Assembly: GCF_000015145.1 (NCBI RefSeq) | Contig: NC_008818.1 | Location: 1,620,001-1,652,000 of the forward strand | DNA: 32,000 nt | Source: Hyperthermus butylicus DSM 5456 | GTDB lineage: Archaea > Thermoproteota > Thermoprotei_A > Sulfolobales > Pyrodictiaceae | Direction of reading: 5' to 3' | Part shown: positions 1-9,215 of the stretch, piece by piece | Position numbering within the stretch: position 1 is the first letter of the stretch | Layout of the letters: the number at the start of each line of letters is the position of its first letter | Notes under the pieces: model-generated | Database searches by the model: none | What the model saw: only the letters and a program-made list of their open reading frames with translations | What the model was told of the DNA's origin: nothing | Position numbers and translations under genes: made by a program

Positions 1-180
1 ATTCTACAACCTACTCTCCGAAACAAGGCTCACTTCTCTATACTCTTGGCTGGCGCCGGTAGGCCTGGCATATGGCGGCGTGATATTTCGCAGGTAACTA
101 TCGGAGAACCGTTAATCGTTGTTCGGAAGTGTAGGTTGGGGTCTAGCGTTAGGGTTATGGGAGTTTGTTGTATTTTGGAT

Positions 181-513
181 ATGGCGGAGATATTGTGGTG
201 GATTGGTTTGACTAGCTTGCTGCATAGGGTGTCTAAGGTACTTGGTGTTGAGGCTGGTGTTTTGGAGAGGGAGGCTCTGTATCGATACATTTTATCCGAG
301 CTTAGGCGTGTTAGGTTAGAGGCTAAGCTCATTATGGCTCGGTATGGCGTGTCAAGTATAGAGGAGTTGGACGAGAGGATTAGACGGGGTGAACTGGAGG
401 AAACAGAGGTCTTTGAGGATCTTACCCGCCTTGATTACCTGCTTGACCGGGAAGAGAGGTTGAAGAGGCTTTTGGAAGAGCTAAGGGGTTGGGGGAGTGG
501 GAGAACGCGGTAA
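181..513 (+). CDS. Hypothetical small helical protein, possible cognate partner (antitoxin?) of the downstream TumE-like gene; start uncertain (frame open from 46, ATG at 181 and 334)
   Basis: ORF track 46..513. Charged helical C-terminus (SIEELDERIRRGELEETEVFEDLTRLDYLLDREERLKRLLEEL). Overlaps the next ORF by 17 nt. TATA-like CATTTTATCC at 288-297 would fit the ATG at 334. Confidence 0.45.
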   Translation: MAEILWWIGLTSLLHRVSKVLGVEAGVLEREALYRYILSELRRVRLEAKLIMARYGVSSIEELDERIRRGELEETEVFEDLTRLDYLLDREERLKRLLEELRGWGSGRTR

Positions 514-879
514 TGTAGACGAAATACTTGAGAGGCTTAGGGAGTTTGCTGCTAATTTGTATCCTGAGGTGGTTGTAGACGTAGAAATAGTGTATGGTAA
601 GCTAAGAATATACCTTATCGACGAGAGTTTCATCGATGTATGGATTTCACGAAGACTACCTAATAGATATGCTATACATTGGAAGAGACGTCATATAGAT
701 GGCACTATATACCGATGGGATAATACGCCGCATGAAATAAATAGGCACATACCGACATTTCCTCATCACTTCCATGAGGGGAACGACCGCGTGGTAAACC
801 TTTCTATTACCCTGAAAGTATTGAAGACGCGCTTAAGAAGGCTTTAGAATACGTAAAGAAGAGGATTGGACAACAATAG
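497..879 (+). CDS. DUF6516/TumE-like toxin family protein, apparently frameshifted near 796-798 (tracked ORF ends at 847; corrected frame ends at 879)
   Basis: Motifs HWKRRH...YRWDNTPHE...FPHHFHEG resemble the DUF6516/TumE family as I recall it. The adjacent frame continues KPFYYPESIEDALKKALEYVKKRIGQQ* with a stop at 877-879. Confidence 0.5.
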
Positions 880-1397
880 CAGGGTAAAACTAAAAACTAG
901 ATTGAAAGAGTGCCTATCACTAATAGACTTACCTTTGAGGGTTCAGGGGTAACTCCTGGATGGCGGCAGCCGATTAGTAAGATAATAATCATGTAGCTGT
1001 GGTATGGCAACGGCCGATAATGTTGGAGCCGCAATATACTGTGGCAGAGTGTTTCATTGTCTGGGAAGGCTGGAGCGGGGGTGCTGCGTAGAGGGGAGCC
1101 GCCAAAATCTCGATTATGCGCCCATCACGTAAGTGGATTGTGGTGTCTAGAGTTCTTCCAGTTAGGGTTGCGAGAATACCAGCCGGGACAATAGAGGAAG
1201 AGTAAGAGGTAGCGGATAGAATTACTGTCCTGCTCTATGATTTACTGATCAGTATGTTTACATAGTGCCTCATTCTTGCTGTACTTGTCATTGTTGTAGG
1301 TTTTAGCACGTCTGCCTCTTGTGTGTTGCCTTGGCTGGATAGCACTCTTTATCCTGTTGCTGGTAGCTGCTGTGGTGCTTGGGGTTGGGTTTTCTTG

Positions 1398-3461
1398 TTG
1401 CGTGTCGGTATCGATGTTGGGGGCACCTTTACCGACATTGTCGTGTTTGATGAGGAGTCGGGGAGGCTTGTTGCTGGCAAGGTTTTGACGGTGCCTCGTG
1501 AACCTTGGCGTGGTGTTTTGGGGGCCTTTGATGCTCTTGGTGTTAGGGTTTCGGATGTCGGAGTGTTTGTTCACGCTACCACGCTTGGCACTAACATGTT
1601 TCTAGGCCAGGTTGGTATTGAGCCGCCTGTCGCTGTGCTCATTACTAATGCTGGGTTCCGCGACGTTATCGAGATTGGCCGTCAGAATAGGGCTGAGCTT
1701 TACAACCTGTTCTTCGAGAAGCCCCAGCCGTTGGTGCCGAGGTCTAGGAGGTTTGGTGTCAGGGGCAGGGTTAGCGCCCGGGGAGAGGAGCTGGAGCCGC
1801 TGGATGTAGGGGCTGTTAGGCGTATTGCTCGCGAGTGGTGTGGCCGTGCGAAAGTGTTTATCATCTCCTTCCTACACTGCTACGCCAACGATGCGCATGA
1901 GAGGCTTGCGGCGAGGGTCGTCCGCGAAGAGTGTCCCGGCGCCGAAGTTGTTACCGGCTGTGAGGTTGACCCGGAGCCTGGCGAGTTCGAGCGCACTAGC
2001 ACAGCTGTTGTCAATGGTCTTCTCCGCCCCATATTGTCTAGGTATCTTTCGAAGCTCGCGAGGGAGATGGAGCAGCGGGGGTTTCGGGGCAGGTTTCTAG
2101 TAATGCAGAGTAGCGGAGGCGTAGCATCGCTAGAGTATGCTGTGAGGTTTCCGGCAGCATTTATCGAGAGTGGCCCTGCAGCAGGTGTTGTTGCTACAGC
2201 ATACTTTGCCGAGGCTATGGGTATAAGGTATGCGTTGAGCTTTGATATGGGTGGTACTACTGCTAAGGCTGCAGCAATCGTTAACGGCGAGCCAATCGTA
2301 GCCGACATGTACGAGGTTGGCGGCAAGGTCCACATGGGCCGTGTACTGCGGGGATCCGGGTACCCTGTAAGGTACCCCTTCATAGACATCGCAGAGGTTA
2401 GCGCGGGAGGAGGCACTATAGCATGGGTGGATGCCGGGGGCGCCCTCCGCGTCGGGCCGATTAGTGCTGGCGCTGACCCCGGCCCCGCATGTTACGGGCG
2501 TGGAGGCCGCGAGCCAACAGTTACCGATGCCAACCTCGTGCTGGGCCGTCTACCCGAAGTGCTGGCAGGCGGCCGTGTACGTCTTCACCGCAACCTAGCC
2601 AAGGAAGCCCTAGAGAAGCTTGCCAAGGCTGTAGGAATGGATACCGTGGAAGCCGCCTTAGCCGTCATACGCATAGCTGACACCGTTATGGCACGCGCGC
2701 TCCGCCTTGTCAGCATAGAGAAAGGCTATGACCCTAGGATGTTCACACTATTCGCCTTCGGGGGTGCTGGGCCCCTCCACGCTGTAAGCCTCGCTAGGGA
2801 GCTCGGCGTGCCACGGGTCGTTGTGCCGCCCTATACAGGTGTGTTCTCCGCACTGGGGCTACTGCTTACCGACTACCGCCACGATCTACGGAGACCAGTT
2901 GTCCGCCGAGCCGACGAGCTCGAAGAGGAGCAACTAAATAAGGTTTTCGATGAGCTGGCAGATGAAGCTAAACGGATACTAGCATCGGAGGGCGTGCCAG
3001 AGGAGCGAGTTAGGCTTACGAGGCTTCTCGAAGCACGCTACGAGGGACAGGCATACTCGCTAACCATCCCCTACCACGGCTCGCTCAGTGAGGCCGTAAA
3101 CGAGTTCCACAAGCTACACGCTGCGAGGTATGGTTACAGCATGCCAGAACACCCCGTGGTCATTGTCTCGGCTAGACTTGTAGCTATAGGAGTCACGCCA
3201 AAACCCCGCCTACCACGCAGTAAACCGCTACGACATACACCGGAGCCCGTAGGGTACCGGGAGGTCTACTTCAAGGATGATGGGTGGACCCGTACCCCCA
3301 TCTATCGCAGAGACAGGTTGAAGCCCGGAGCTGTGCTTAAGGGCCCTGCAGTTATAGAGTCTGATGATAGCACCATACTAATTCCACCAGACAGTGTTGG
3401 CACAGTAGACGAGCACCATTCCATAGTTATTAGCGTTGGGGGTGGCAGTGTTGAAGCTTGA
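1398..3461 (+). CDS. hyuA: Hydantoinase/oxoprolinase family, A (HyuA-like) subunit; start probably TTG 1398 (frame open from GTG 1323)
   Basis: N-terminal RVGIDVGGTFTDIVVF motif, an internal SFDMGGTTAK motif, about 690 aa, and overlap with the B subunit gene. Confidence 0.85.
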   Translation: MRVGIDVGGTFTDIVVFDEESGRLVAGKVLTVPREPWRGVLGAFDALGVRVSDVGVFVHATTLGTNMFLGQVGIEPPVAVLITNAGFRDVIEIGRQNRAELYNLFFEKPQPLVPRSRRFGVRGRVSARGEELEPLDVGAVRRIAREWCGRAKVFIISFLHCYANDAHERLAARVVREECPGAEVVTGCEVDPEPGEFERTSTAVVNGLLRPILSRYLSKLAREMEQRGFRGRFLVMQSSGGVASLEYAVRFPAAFIESGPAAGVVATAYFAEAMGIRYALSFDMGGTTAKAAAIVNGEPIVADMYEVGGKVHMGRVLRGSGYPVRYPFIDIAEVSAGGGTIAWVDAGGALRVGPISAGADPGPACYGRGGREPTVTDANLVLGRLPEVLAGGRVRLHRNLAKEALEKLAKAVGMDTVEAALAVIRIADTVMARALRLVSIEKGYDPRMFTLFAFGGAGPLHAVSLARELGVPRVVVPPYTGVFSALGLLLTDYRHDLRRPVVRRADELEEEQLNKVFDELADEAKRILASEGVPEERVRLTRLLEARYEGQAYSLTIPYHGSLSEAVNEFHKLHAARYGYSMPEHPVVIVSARLVAIGVTPKPRLPRSKPLRHTPEPVGYREVYFKDDGWTRTPIYRRDRLKPGAVLKGPAVIESDDSTILIPPDSVGTVDEHHSIVISVGGGSVEA

Positions 3462-5118
3462 CACTGCTACCGTTGAAGTTATTAGGAATGCTTCGATATA
3501 CATTGCCGAGGAGATGGGTGTTGTGCTGAGGAATACAGCGCTAAGCCCCAACATACGCGACCGTCTAGACCATTCATGCGCCATACTCGACGCTGAAGGC
3601 AATCTTGTAGCGCAAGCCGAGCACATACCAGTACATCTCGGCAGCATGTCGGTTGCAGCAAGGAATATCGTCGAGTGGCTCGAACGCAACGGTGTCACAC
3701 TCGACGAGGGCGATGTAGTAGTCTCCAACGACCCATACATAGTCGGCACACATTTGAACGACTTGATGCTCCTCAAGCCAGTCTACGCTGAAGGCAGGCT
3801 ACTGGGCTACGTGGCTGCTAAGGCCCACCACGTCGATATCGGGGGAGGTGTACCCGGGAGCCTAAGCCCAAATGCGAAGAGCCTCATAGAAGAGGGGCTT
3901 GTCATACCCCCCGTCAAGCTCGTGGTGAGGGGCGAGCTTAGGAGGGATATCCTGCGTCTCCTCGAGGCTAACGTGCGTACCCCACGGTATCTCCGCGGCG
4001 ACCTCCTTGCCCAGATTGCAGCTGTCAACGTGGGGGAGCGAAGGCTCAGGGAACTAGTAGACCGGTATGGCGCCAGTATCGTGATGGAGGCGTGGAAGAG
4101 GACGCTGGACTATACGGAGAGGTATGCAAGGAACCGTATACGAGCCCTTGTAGAGAAATATGGCGTTTATGGCAAGGTGTTTACCGCCGAGGACTACCTG
4201 GAGCTGGGGAGCGGTCCCGCGCGGATAAGGGTCTCGATACTGTTTAGTGGTGGCAGCATAACCGTGGATTTTGCTGGCTCGAACCGCCAAGTTGATGAAC
4301 CGTTTAACGCAGTATATGGGGTAACTGTTGCAGCTACAACGTTCGCACTGAAGGCCGTTATTGACCCGGAAATGCCTATGAATCAAGGGTTTTACCGTGT
4401 TGTAAACATAGCTGCGCCTAGGGGGACTATAGTTAACCCGGAGCCGCCAGCGCCGGTTGGAGGTGGCAATGTTGAGACCTCGCAGAGGATTGTAGATGTT
4501 GTGTTGAGGGCTCTCGCGGATGCTTTCCCGGACCGGGTGCCCGCGGCAAGCTGTGGCACCATGACTAACGTGGCTCTCGGTGGTAGGGGATGGGCTTTCT
4601 ACGAGACTGTGGGATGCGGTAGCGGCGCTAGACCATGCTGCGATGGAGTTGACGGCGTACACACCAACATGACTAACACTCTTAACACACCGATAGAGGT
4701 TGCTGAGGCTGAGTACCCGATACTCTTCCTAGCTTACGAGCTTCGCCCCAACTCAGGCGGATCCGGCAAGTATAGGGGCGGCCTTGGGATTATACGGGCA
4801 TTTACAGTGCTCGAGGACGGTGTTAAGCTTAGCATCATAGGTGAACGTGTTAGGCTTAGGCCTTGGGGGCTTCGGGGCGGAGGCAAAGGCGCCCCCGCGA
4901 GGTTTATCATTGTACGGCGTGATGGACGTGTAGAGCTGTTGGAGTCTAAGGCTAGTGTTGAGCTGCATAGAGGCGATCGTGTCTACATAGCTACGCCAGG
5001 CGGAGGCGGCTATGGCGACTCTTGCAGCCGTGACCGCGAGCTAGTTAGGCGTGATCTCGAGGACGGCAAGATAACCCAGTGGCACGCCAGGAGGTACTAT
5101 TGCTACGAGACTGAGTAG
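3436..5118 (+). CDS. hyuB: Hydantoinase/oxoprolinase family, B (HyuB-like) subunit
   Basis: 560-aa ORF overlapping hyuA by 26 nt. Typical HyuB features: EVIRNASIYIAEEMG near the N-terminus, SNDPYIVGTHLND, and GGGGYGD near the C-terminus. Confidence 0.85.
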   Translation: MGVAVLKLDTATVEVIRNASIYIAEEMGVVLRNTALSPNIRDRLDHSCAILDAEGNLVAQAEHIPVHLGSMSVAARNIVEWLERNGVTLDEGDVVVSNDPYIVGTHLNDLMLLKPVYAEGRLLGYVAAKAHHVDIGGGVPGSLSPNAKSLIEEGLVIPPVKLVVRGELRRDILRLLEANVRTPRYLRGDLLAQIAAVNVGERRLRELVDRYGASIVMEAWKRTLDYTERYARNRIRALVEKYGVYGKVFTAEDYLELGSGPARIRVSILFSGGSITVDFAGSNRQVDEPFNAVYGVTVAATTFALKAVIDPEMPMNQGFYRVVNIAAPRGTIVNPEPPAPVGGGNVETSQRIVDVVLRALADAFPDRVPAASCGTMTNVALGGRGWAFYETVGCGSGARPCCDGVDGVHTNMTNTLNTPIEVAEAEYPILFLAYELRPNSGGSGKYRGGLGIIRAFTVLEDGVKLSIIGERVRLRPWGLRGGGKGAPARFIIVRRDGRVELLESKASVELHRGDRVYIATPGGGGYGDSCSRDRELVRRDLEDGKITQWHARRYYCYETE

Positions 5119-5674
5119 ACCATGGCTGAAAGATTCGCCCGAGCAACCCCCACTGGCTACATCTTACTGCTATAACACACGTTTTAGCTGCTACCATGTC
5201 TTGCCACCGCTCGAGACTATGGGGAGGCATCGTCGCAGCAATTTTATTTAACACTTCACGCCGTCCAGCAAGCTCGTCAACAAGGGACCCTGCCCCTCAC
5301 GAGGCATCCAGACATCTAGCCTCTCGCTCCTACAAGTTGCAACCCCATTATTCACACACAACATGCATGATAGTATTGTGTTATTCTCTCGTCGGGCTGG
5401 CCTTTCACTACCAACCTACTCTTCATCATGCTTTAGAGAAGCTTGACCTCTGAGGCGTATACCCGGCTATGCTAAATACATGGAGCATACACTGACGATA
5501 AGCCTATCCTGCGCCATCCCGCTGAGGCTGCACACATGTTGAGGATGCATAGTGGGAGAGGCTAACGCAGCATATATATCTAGCTAGGGCAACACTATAT
5601 AGATGGATATGGGTGTTTTGCTTGTACACCTCACTTATTACACCGACTTGTAATACCACCCTAGAACACTAACA

Positions 5675-7645
5675 GTGGGGTGCCAAAGGTTGGCCTATGA
5701 GGAGGTTTTAGCACCAGCTGGTAGCAAGGTCCTAATGCTCGGCAACGCGGCCATTGCGCGTGGCTTCCTGGAGGCTGGTGTACAGTTTGCAGCAGCATAC
5801 CCCGGCACACCCAGCACGGAAATTGTTGAGGCGCTCTCCGCTGCTGCCCGCATGCTCGGCGGTAAGCCCTACGTCGAGTGGAGTGTTAACGAGAAGGTCG
5901 CCCTCGAGGCTGCTCTTGGTGCAGCAATAAGCGGCGCGCGGGCCATCACTGCAATGAAGCATGTAGGGCTAAATGTTGCTGCAGACCCCTTCTTCAGCAG
6001 CGCCTATATTGGTGTAAGGGGCGCCTTCGTTGTAGTATCAGCCGACGATCCATGGATGCATAGCAGCCAAAACGAGCAGGATAACCGATGGTATGGCCTC
6101 CACGCCTATATACCGGTCGTGGAGCCCACAGGGCCCCAGGACGCGAAGGAGGCTGCAAAACTGGCGCTAAAATATAGCGAGAAGTATAGGAGACCATTCC
6201 TTCTAAGAACCACTACACGCATAGCACATACGAGGATACCAGTAGAAACCGACGAGATACCGGTCAATGAGCTTGAGCCACAAGGCGTCTTTGAGAAGAA
6301 CCCCGCCAAGTGGACCCTTGTGCCGCAGCATGCACGCCGGATGCGCATCGAGCTTCTAGACTTCTGGGACCGTGTTAGGAGGGAGCTGGCAGACTTCCCG
6401 CTGAACAGTGTAGAGTATGGCGGAGCCATAGCTGTTGTTGGCGCTGGTCTAGGCTATCGTTACGCTAGGGAAGCAGTAAAGCTGCTCGGCCTAGAGAGCG
6501 AGGTAACCCTCTTCAAGCTCGCAACTACTGTACCGCTTCCAGAGCCCATAGCAGACAAGATACTGGAACATGAGACCATTATAGTGGTAGAAGAGGGCGA
6601 TCCCGTTGTAGAGATCCAGCTAAAGACCACTGCGCAAGAGAGAGGTGCAAAGGCGAGAATCCTCGGCAAACACGGTAAAGACACACTGTTAAGAAGGTAT
6701 GGCGAGCTAACACTAGACATGGTCGCCGACGCCCTCGCAAAGGTGACAGATAGGGAGCCACCCGCGTGGGCTGTCGAGAAACCCGAACCTCCCAGAACGA
6801 AGATACCGCCACGCCCACCGGTACTATGCCCCGGCTGCCCACACCGCAGCCTCTTCTACGCTCTCCGCAGGGCTGTGAACAAGCTGAGGATAAAACCGGT
6901 CTATAGTGGCGACATAGGCTGCTACAGCCTTGGTGTACTACCGCCATTCGAGATGCAGGACACCATAATCTGTATGGGTGCGAGTATAGGTGCTGCTAAT
7001 GGCATGGTCCACGTGCTAAAAGATCCCAATTCTGTACTAATAGCGATTATAGGCGACTCGACATTCTACCATGCAGGTATACCACCACTCATTAACGCAG
7101 TATACAACAATGCCCCAATGCTAGTTGTAGTCCTCGACAACAGAACCACCGCTATGACCGGGCACCAGCCACATCCAGGCGTAGGCATTAGCGCTCTCGG
7201 AACACCAGCCACAGAGATACCTATAGAAGAGGTGGCCCGTGGTGTTGGTGTCGAAAAAATCCTCGTAGCAGACGCATTCAATATACGCGATGCAGAACAG
7301 AAGCTTGTTGAGGCGCTAAAATACGTGATTGAGAAGAGGAAGCCTGCAGTAGTAGTGTCAAGGGGTGCTTGTATCCTGCTAGCCCTAAGCGTTGCACGTA
7401 GAGCCAAGGTAAAGCCACCAGTCTACTATGTCGACGAGGAGAAGTGTACTGCATGCGGCATCTGCTACACAGCATTCAACTGCCCAGCGATTCGGAGGAG
7501 GCCAGACGGCAAAGCCATGGTTGACCCAGCACTCTGTACAGGCTGCGGTGTATGTGCACAAGTATGCCCGTTTGGCGCGTTTAAACCGAGCCAACCACCG
7601 AGCGAGGAGTGGCTCAAGATAATGCGCACAGCCAAGCCCGCATAA
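5675..7645 (+). CDS. iorA: Indolepyruvate:ferredoxin oxidoreductase alpha subunit
   Basis: LGNAAIARGFLEAGVQFAAAYPGTPSTEI N-terminus, a TPP region (GDIGCY, GDSTFYH), and two C-terminal 4Fe-4S motifs (CTACGICYTAFNCP, CTGCGVCAQVCP). The beta subunit gene follows. Confidence 0.9.
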   Translation: MGCQRLAYEEVLAPAGSKVLMLGNAAIARGFLEAGVQFAAAYPGTPSTEIVEALSAAARMLGGKPYVEWSVNEKVALEAALGAAISGARAITAMKHVGLNVAADPFFSSAYIGVRGAFVVVSADDPWMHSSQNEQDNRWYGLHAYIPVVEPTGPQDAKEAAKLALKYSEKYRRPFLLRTTTRIAHTRIPVETDEIPVNELEPQGVFEKNPAKWTLVPQHARRMRIELLDFWDRVRRELADFPLNSVEYGGAIAVVGAGLGYRYAREAVKLLGLESEVTLFKLATTVPLPEPIADKILEHETIIVVEEGDPVVEIQLKTTAQERGAKARILGKHGKDTLLRRYGELTLDMVADALAKVTDREPPAWAVEKPEPPRTKIPPRPPVLCPGCPHRSLFYALRRAVNKLRIKPVYSGDIGCYSLGVLPPFEMQDTIICMGASIGAANGMVHVLKDPNSVLIAIIGDSTFYHAGIPPLINAVYNNAPMLVVVLDNRTTAMTGHQPHPGVGISALGTPATEIPIEEVARGVGVEKILVADAFNIRDAEQKLVEALKYVIEKRKPAVVVSRGACILLALSVARRAKVKPPVYYVDEEKCTACGICYTAFNCPAIRRRPDGKAMVDPALCTGCGVCAQVCPFGAFKPSQPPSEEWLKIMRTAKPA

Positions 7646-7667
7646 AAAACCATGGGGTGGATGAATC

Positions 7668-8267
7668 ATGAATCAAGCCCCAAAGACACTGAACATCGTT
7701 ATTGTAGGGGTTGGAGGCCAGGGTCTGCTAACTCTATCTACGATAATAGCTAACGCAGCTCTAAGCAGGGGCCTACCAGCACTAGTCTCTGAAACTCACG
7801 GCCTTAGCCAGAGAGGTGGCACAGTAATAGTACACGTACGCCTAGGCGAAGCTGACGCACCCCTCATACCGGAGGGTGCTGGAGATGTACTGCTAAGCAT
7901 GGAACTCATAGAAGCTATCCGCTACCTACCCTACCTCTCCAGGAATGGCGTGGCAGTAGTCAACGACTATATGATACCGCCACCGCTCCCCAAAGTAGAG
8001 GTTCCAACGAGAGACGAAATCCTAGACGAGCTTCGTGAGAGAAGCCGTAAACTCATAGTGGTACCTGCAACCGAGATAGCGCTGAAGCTTGGAGATGTAA
8101 GAGTAGCCAACATGGCTCTCCTCGGTGCAGCCCTAGAAGCAGGGGTCTTCCAGGGCACCATAGGCTTCGACGACATTGAGAAAGCTATAAGACGAGCATT
8201 TCCACGAGCAGCCGAGATAAACATTAGAGCCCTACACGAAGGCGCTAAGGCAGCCAAAACACTGTAA
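7668..8267 (+). CDS. iorB: Indolepyruvate:ferredoxin oxidoreductase beta subunit
   Basis: IVIVGVGGQGLLTLS...ETHGLSQRGGTVIVHVRLG signature, 199 aa, 22 nt downstream of iorA. Confidence 0.9.
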   Translation: MNQAPKTLNIVIVGVGGQGLLTLSTIIANAALSRGLPALVSETHGLSQRGGTVIVHVRLGEADAPLIPEGAGDVLLSMELIEAIRYLPYLSRNGVAVVNDYMIPPPLPKVEVPTRDEILDELRERSRKLIVVPATEIALKLGDVRVANMALLGAALEAGVFQGTIGFDDIEKAIRRAFPRAAEINIRALHEGAKAAKTL

Positions 8268-8394
8268 CCCCACATTTTTACCCATATCCTCGACCATCCC
8301 ATGCTTCAGCTCCATTCCCCGCTACAGATTAACTTGTCAGAGTAACTCTTTACACCTGGCTCTCCAAGCCTCCTTGCCCTGGAGAGGGGGGACT

Positions 8395-9180
8395 ATGCCC
8401 TTCAACATTACAGGTATGAAGGTGCTCGTAACAGCTTCTACCCGTGGCATAGGCCGCGGCGTCGCCGAGGTCCTCCTCGAGGAAGGAGCTCACGTTGTAA
8501 TTAATGGCCGCACCAGGGAGAGCGTGGAGAAGGCTCTTGAGGCGCTCCGTGGTAAGGGTAGGGTTTACGGTATTGCCGCCGATCTCTCGGTCAGAGAGGA
8601 CGTTGAGAGGCTTGTAAAGGAGGCTGCAAGGCTGATGGGTGGCCTAGATGCTGTTGTGTACATTGCTGGGCCGCCACGGCCCGGGAAGTTTGAACAGCTA
8701 GGTCTAGAGGATTGGGAGCTTGCTGCTAGGCTACTTGCCCTAAGCGCTGTCTGGATAGCCTACTACTCTCTACCCTACCTCAAGGAGAGCAAAAACCCAT
8801 CGATGGTCTACTTGACCAGTGTTGCCACGAGGGAGCCCCTGGAGGACCTTGCACTCTCAAACACTATGCGTATTGCTGTCCATGGACTCGTGAGAACTCT
8901 CGCAAGAGAGCTTGGAAAGTACGGTATCAGGGTTAACGCGGTAATGCCGGGCTACATTCTCACCGACCGAATTAGGCAGATAGCTGAGAAGAGAGCAAAG
9001 GAGAGAGGTGTACCTGTCGAGCAGATATACCAGGAGATGGCGAGCACCATACCTCTCGGCAGAATCGGCGAGCCTCGAGAGGTCGGCTATCTCATAGCAT
9101 TCCTCATAAGCCCCTACGCCTCCTACATTAACGGTGCCTCCATACCAATCGATGGCGGCTATCTACGCTCGGTATTCTAG
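8395..9180 (+). CDS. Short-chain dehydrogenase/reductase family protein with a non-canonical active-site region (ATG 8395; alternative TTG 8374)
   Basis: TASTRGIGRGVA cofactor motif and a RVNAVMPGYILTD segment. GGAGAGGGGGG lies upstream of ATG 8395. The YxxxK position reads SNTMR. Confidence 0.85.
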   Translation: MPFNITGMKVLVTASTRGIGRGVAEVLLEEGAHVVINGRTRESVEKALEALRGKGRVYGIAADLSVREDVERLVKEAARLMGGLDAVVYIAGPPRPGKFEQLGLEDWELAARLLALSAVWIAYYSLPYLKESKNPSMVYLTSVATREPLEDLALSNTMRIAVHGLVRTLARELGKYGIRVNAVMPGYILTDRIRQIAEKRAKERGVPVEQIYQEMASTIPLGRIGEPREVGYLIAFLISPYASYINGASIPIDGGYLRSVF

Positions 9181-9215
9181 CAGCCCTCCCCGGAACACCC
9201 TAGGGAGAACAAGCC

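Noticed and set aside
46-180. N-terminal extension MAGAGRPGIWRRD... of the first + strand ORF
   Set aside because: Composition and hydrophobic junk-like sequence suggest the true start is an internal ATG (181 or 334). The upstream part is probably non-coding.
30-332. 100-aa minus-strand ORF at the window start, and the 110-aa minus-strand ORF 1242..1574
   Set aside because: No motifs and odd composition. One overlaps the better-supported + strand TA-partner ORF and the other overlaps the hyuA start region. Both were treated as spurious.
1299-1318. Shared GTTTTAGC...GTCT(T)GCC-like motif in both hyuAB-flanking spacers (also about 5178-5205), considered as possible terminal repeats of a cassette
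   Set aside because: Only an 8-mer plus a loose second match at different spacing. This is within chance expectation for 32 kb.
5423-5429. C-box-like ATGATGA on the minus strand in the hyuB-iorA spacer, a possible C/D box sRNA
   Set aside because: No CTGA D or D-prime box at the required spacing of about 12 nt or 50-60 nt downstream, and no C-prime box or terminal stem. A single heptamer is expected by chance.
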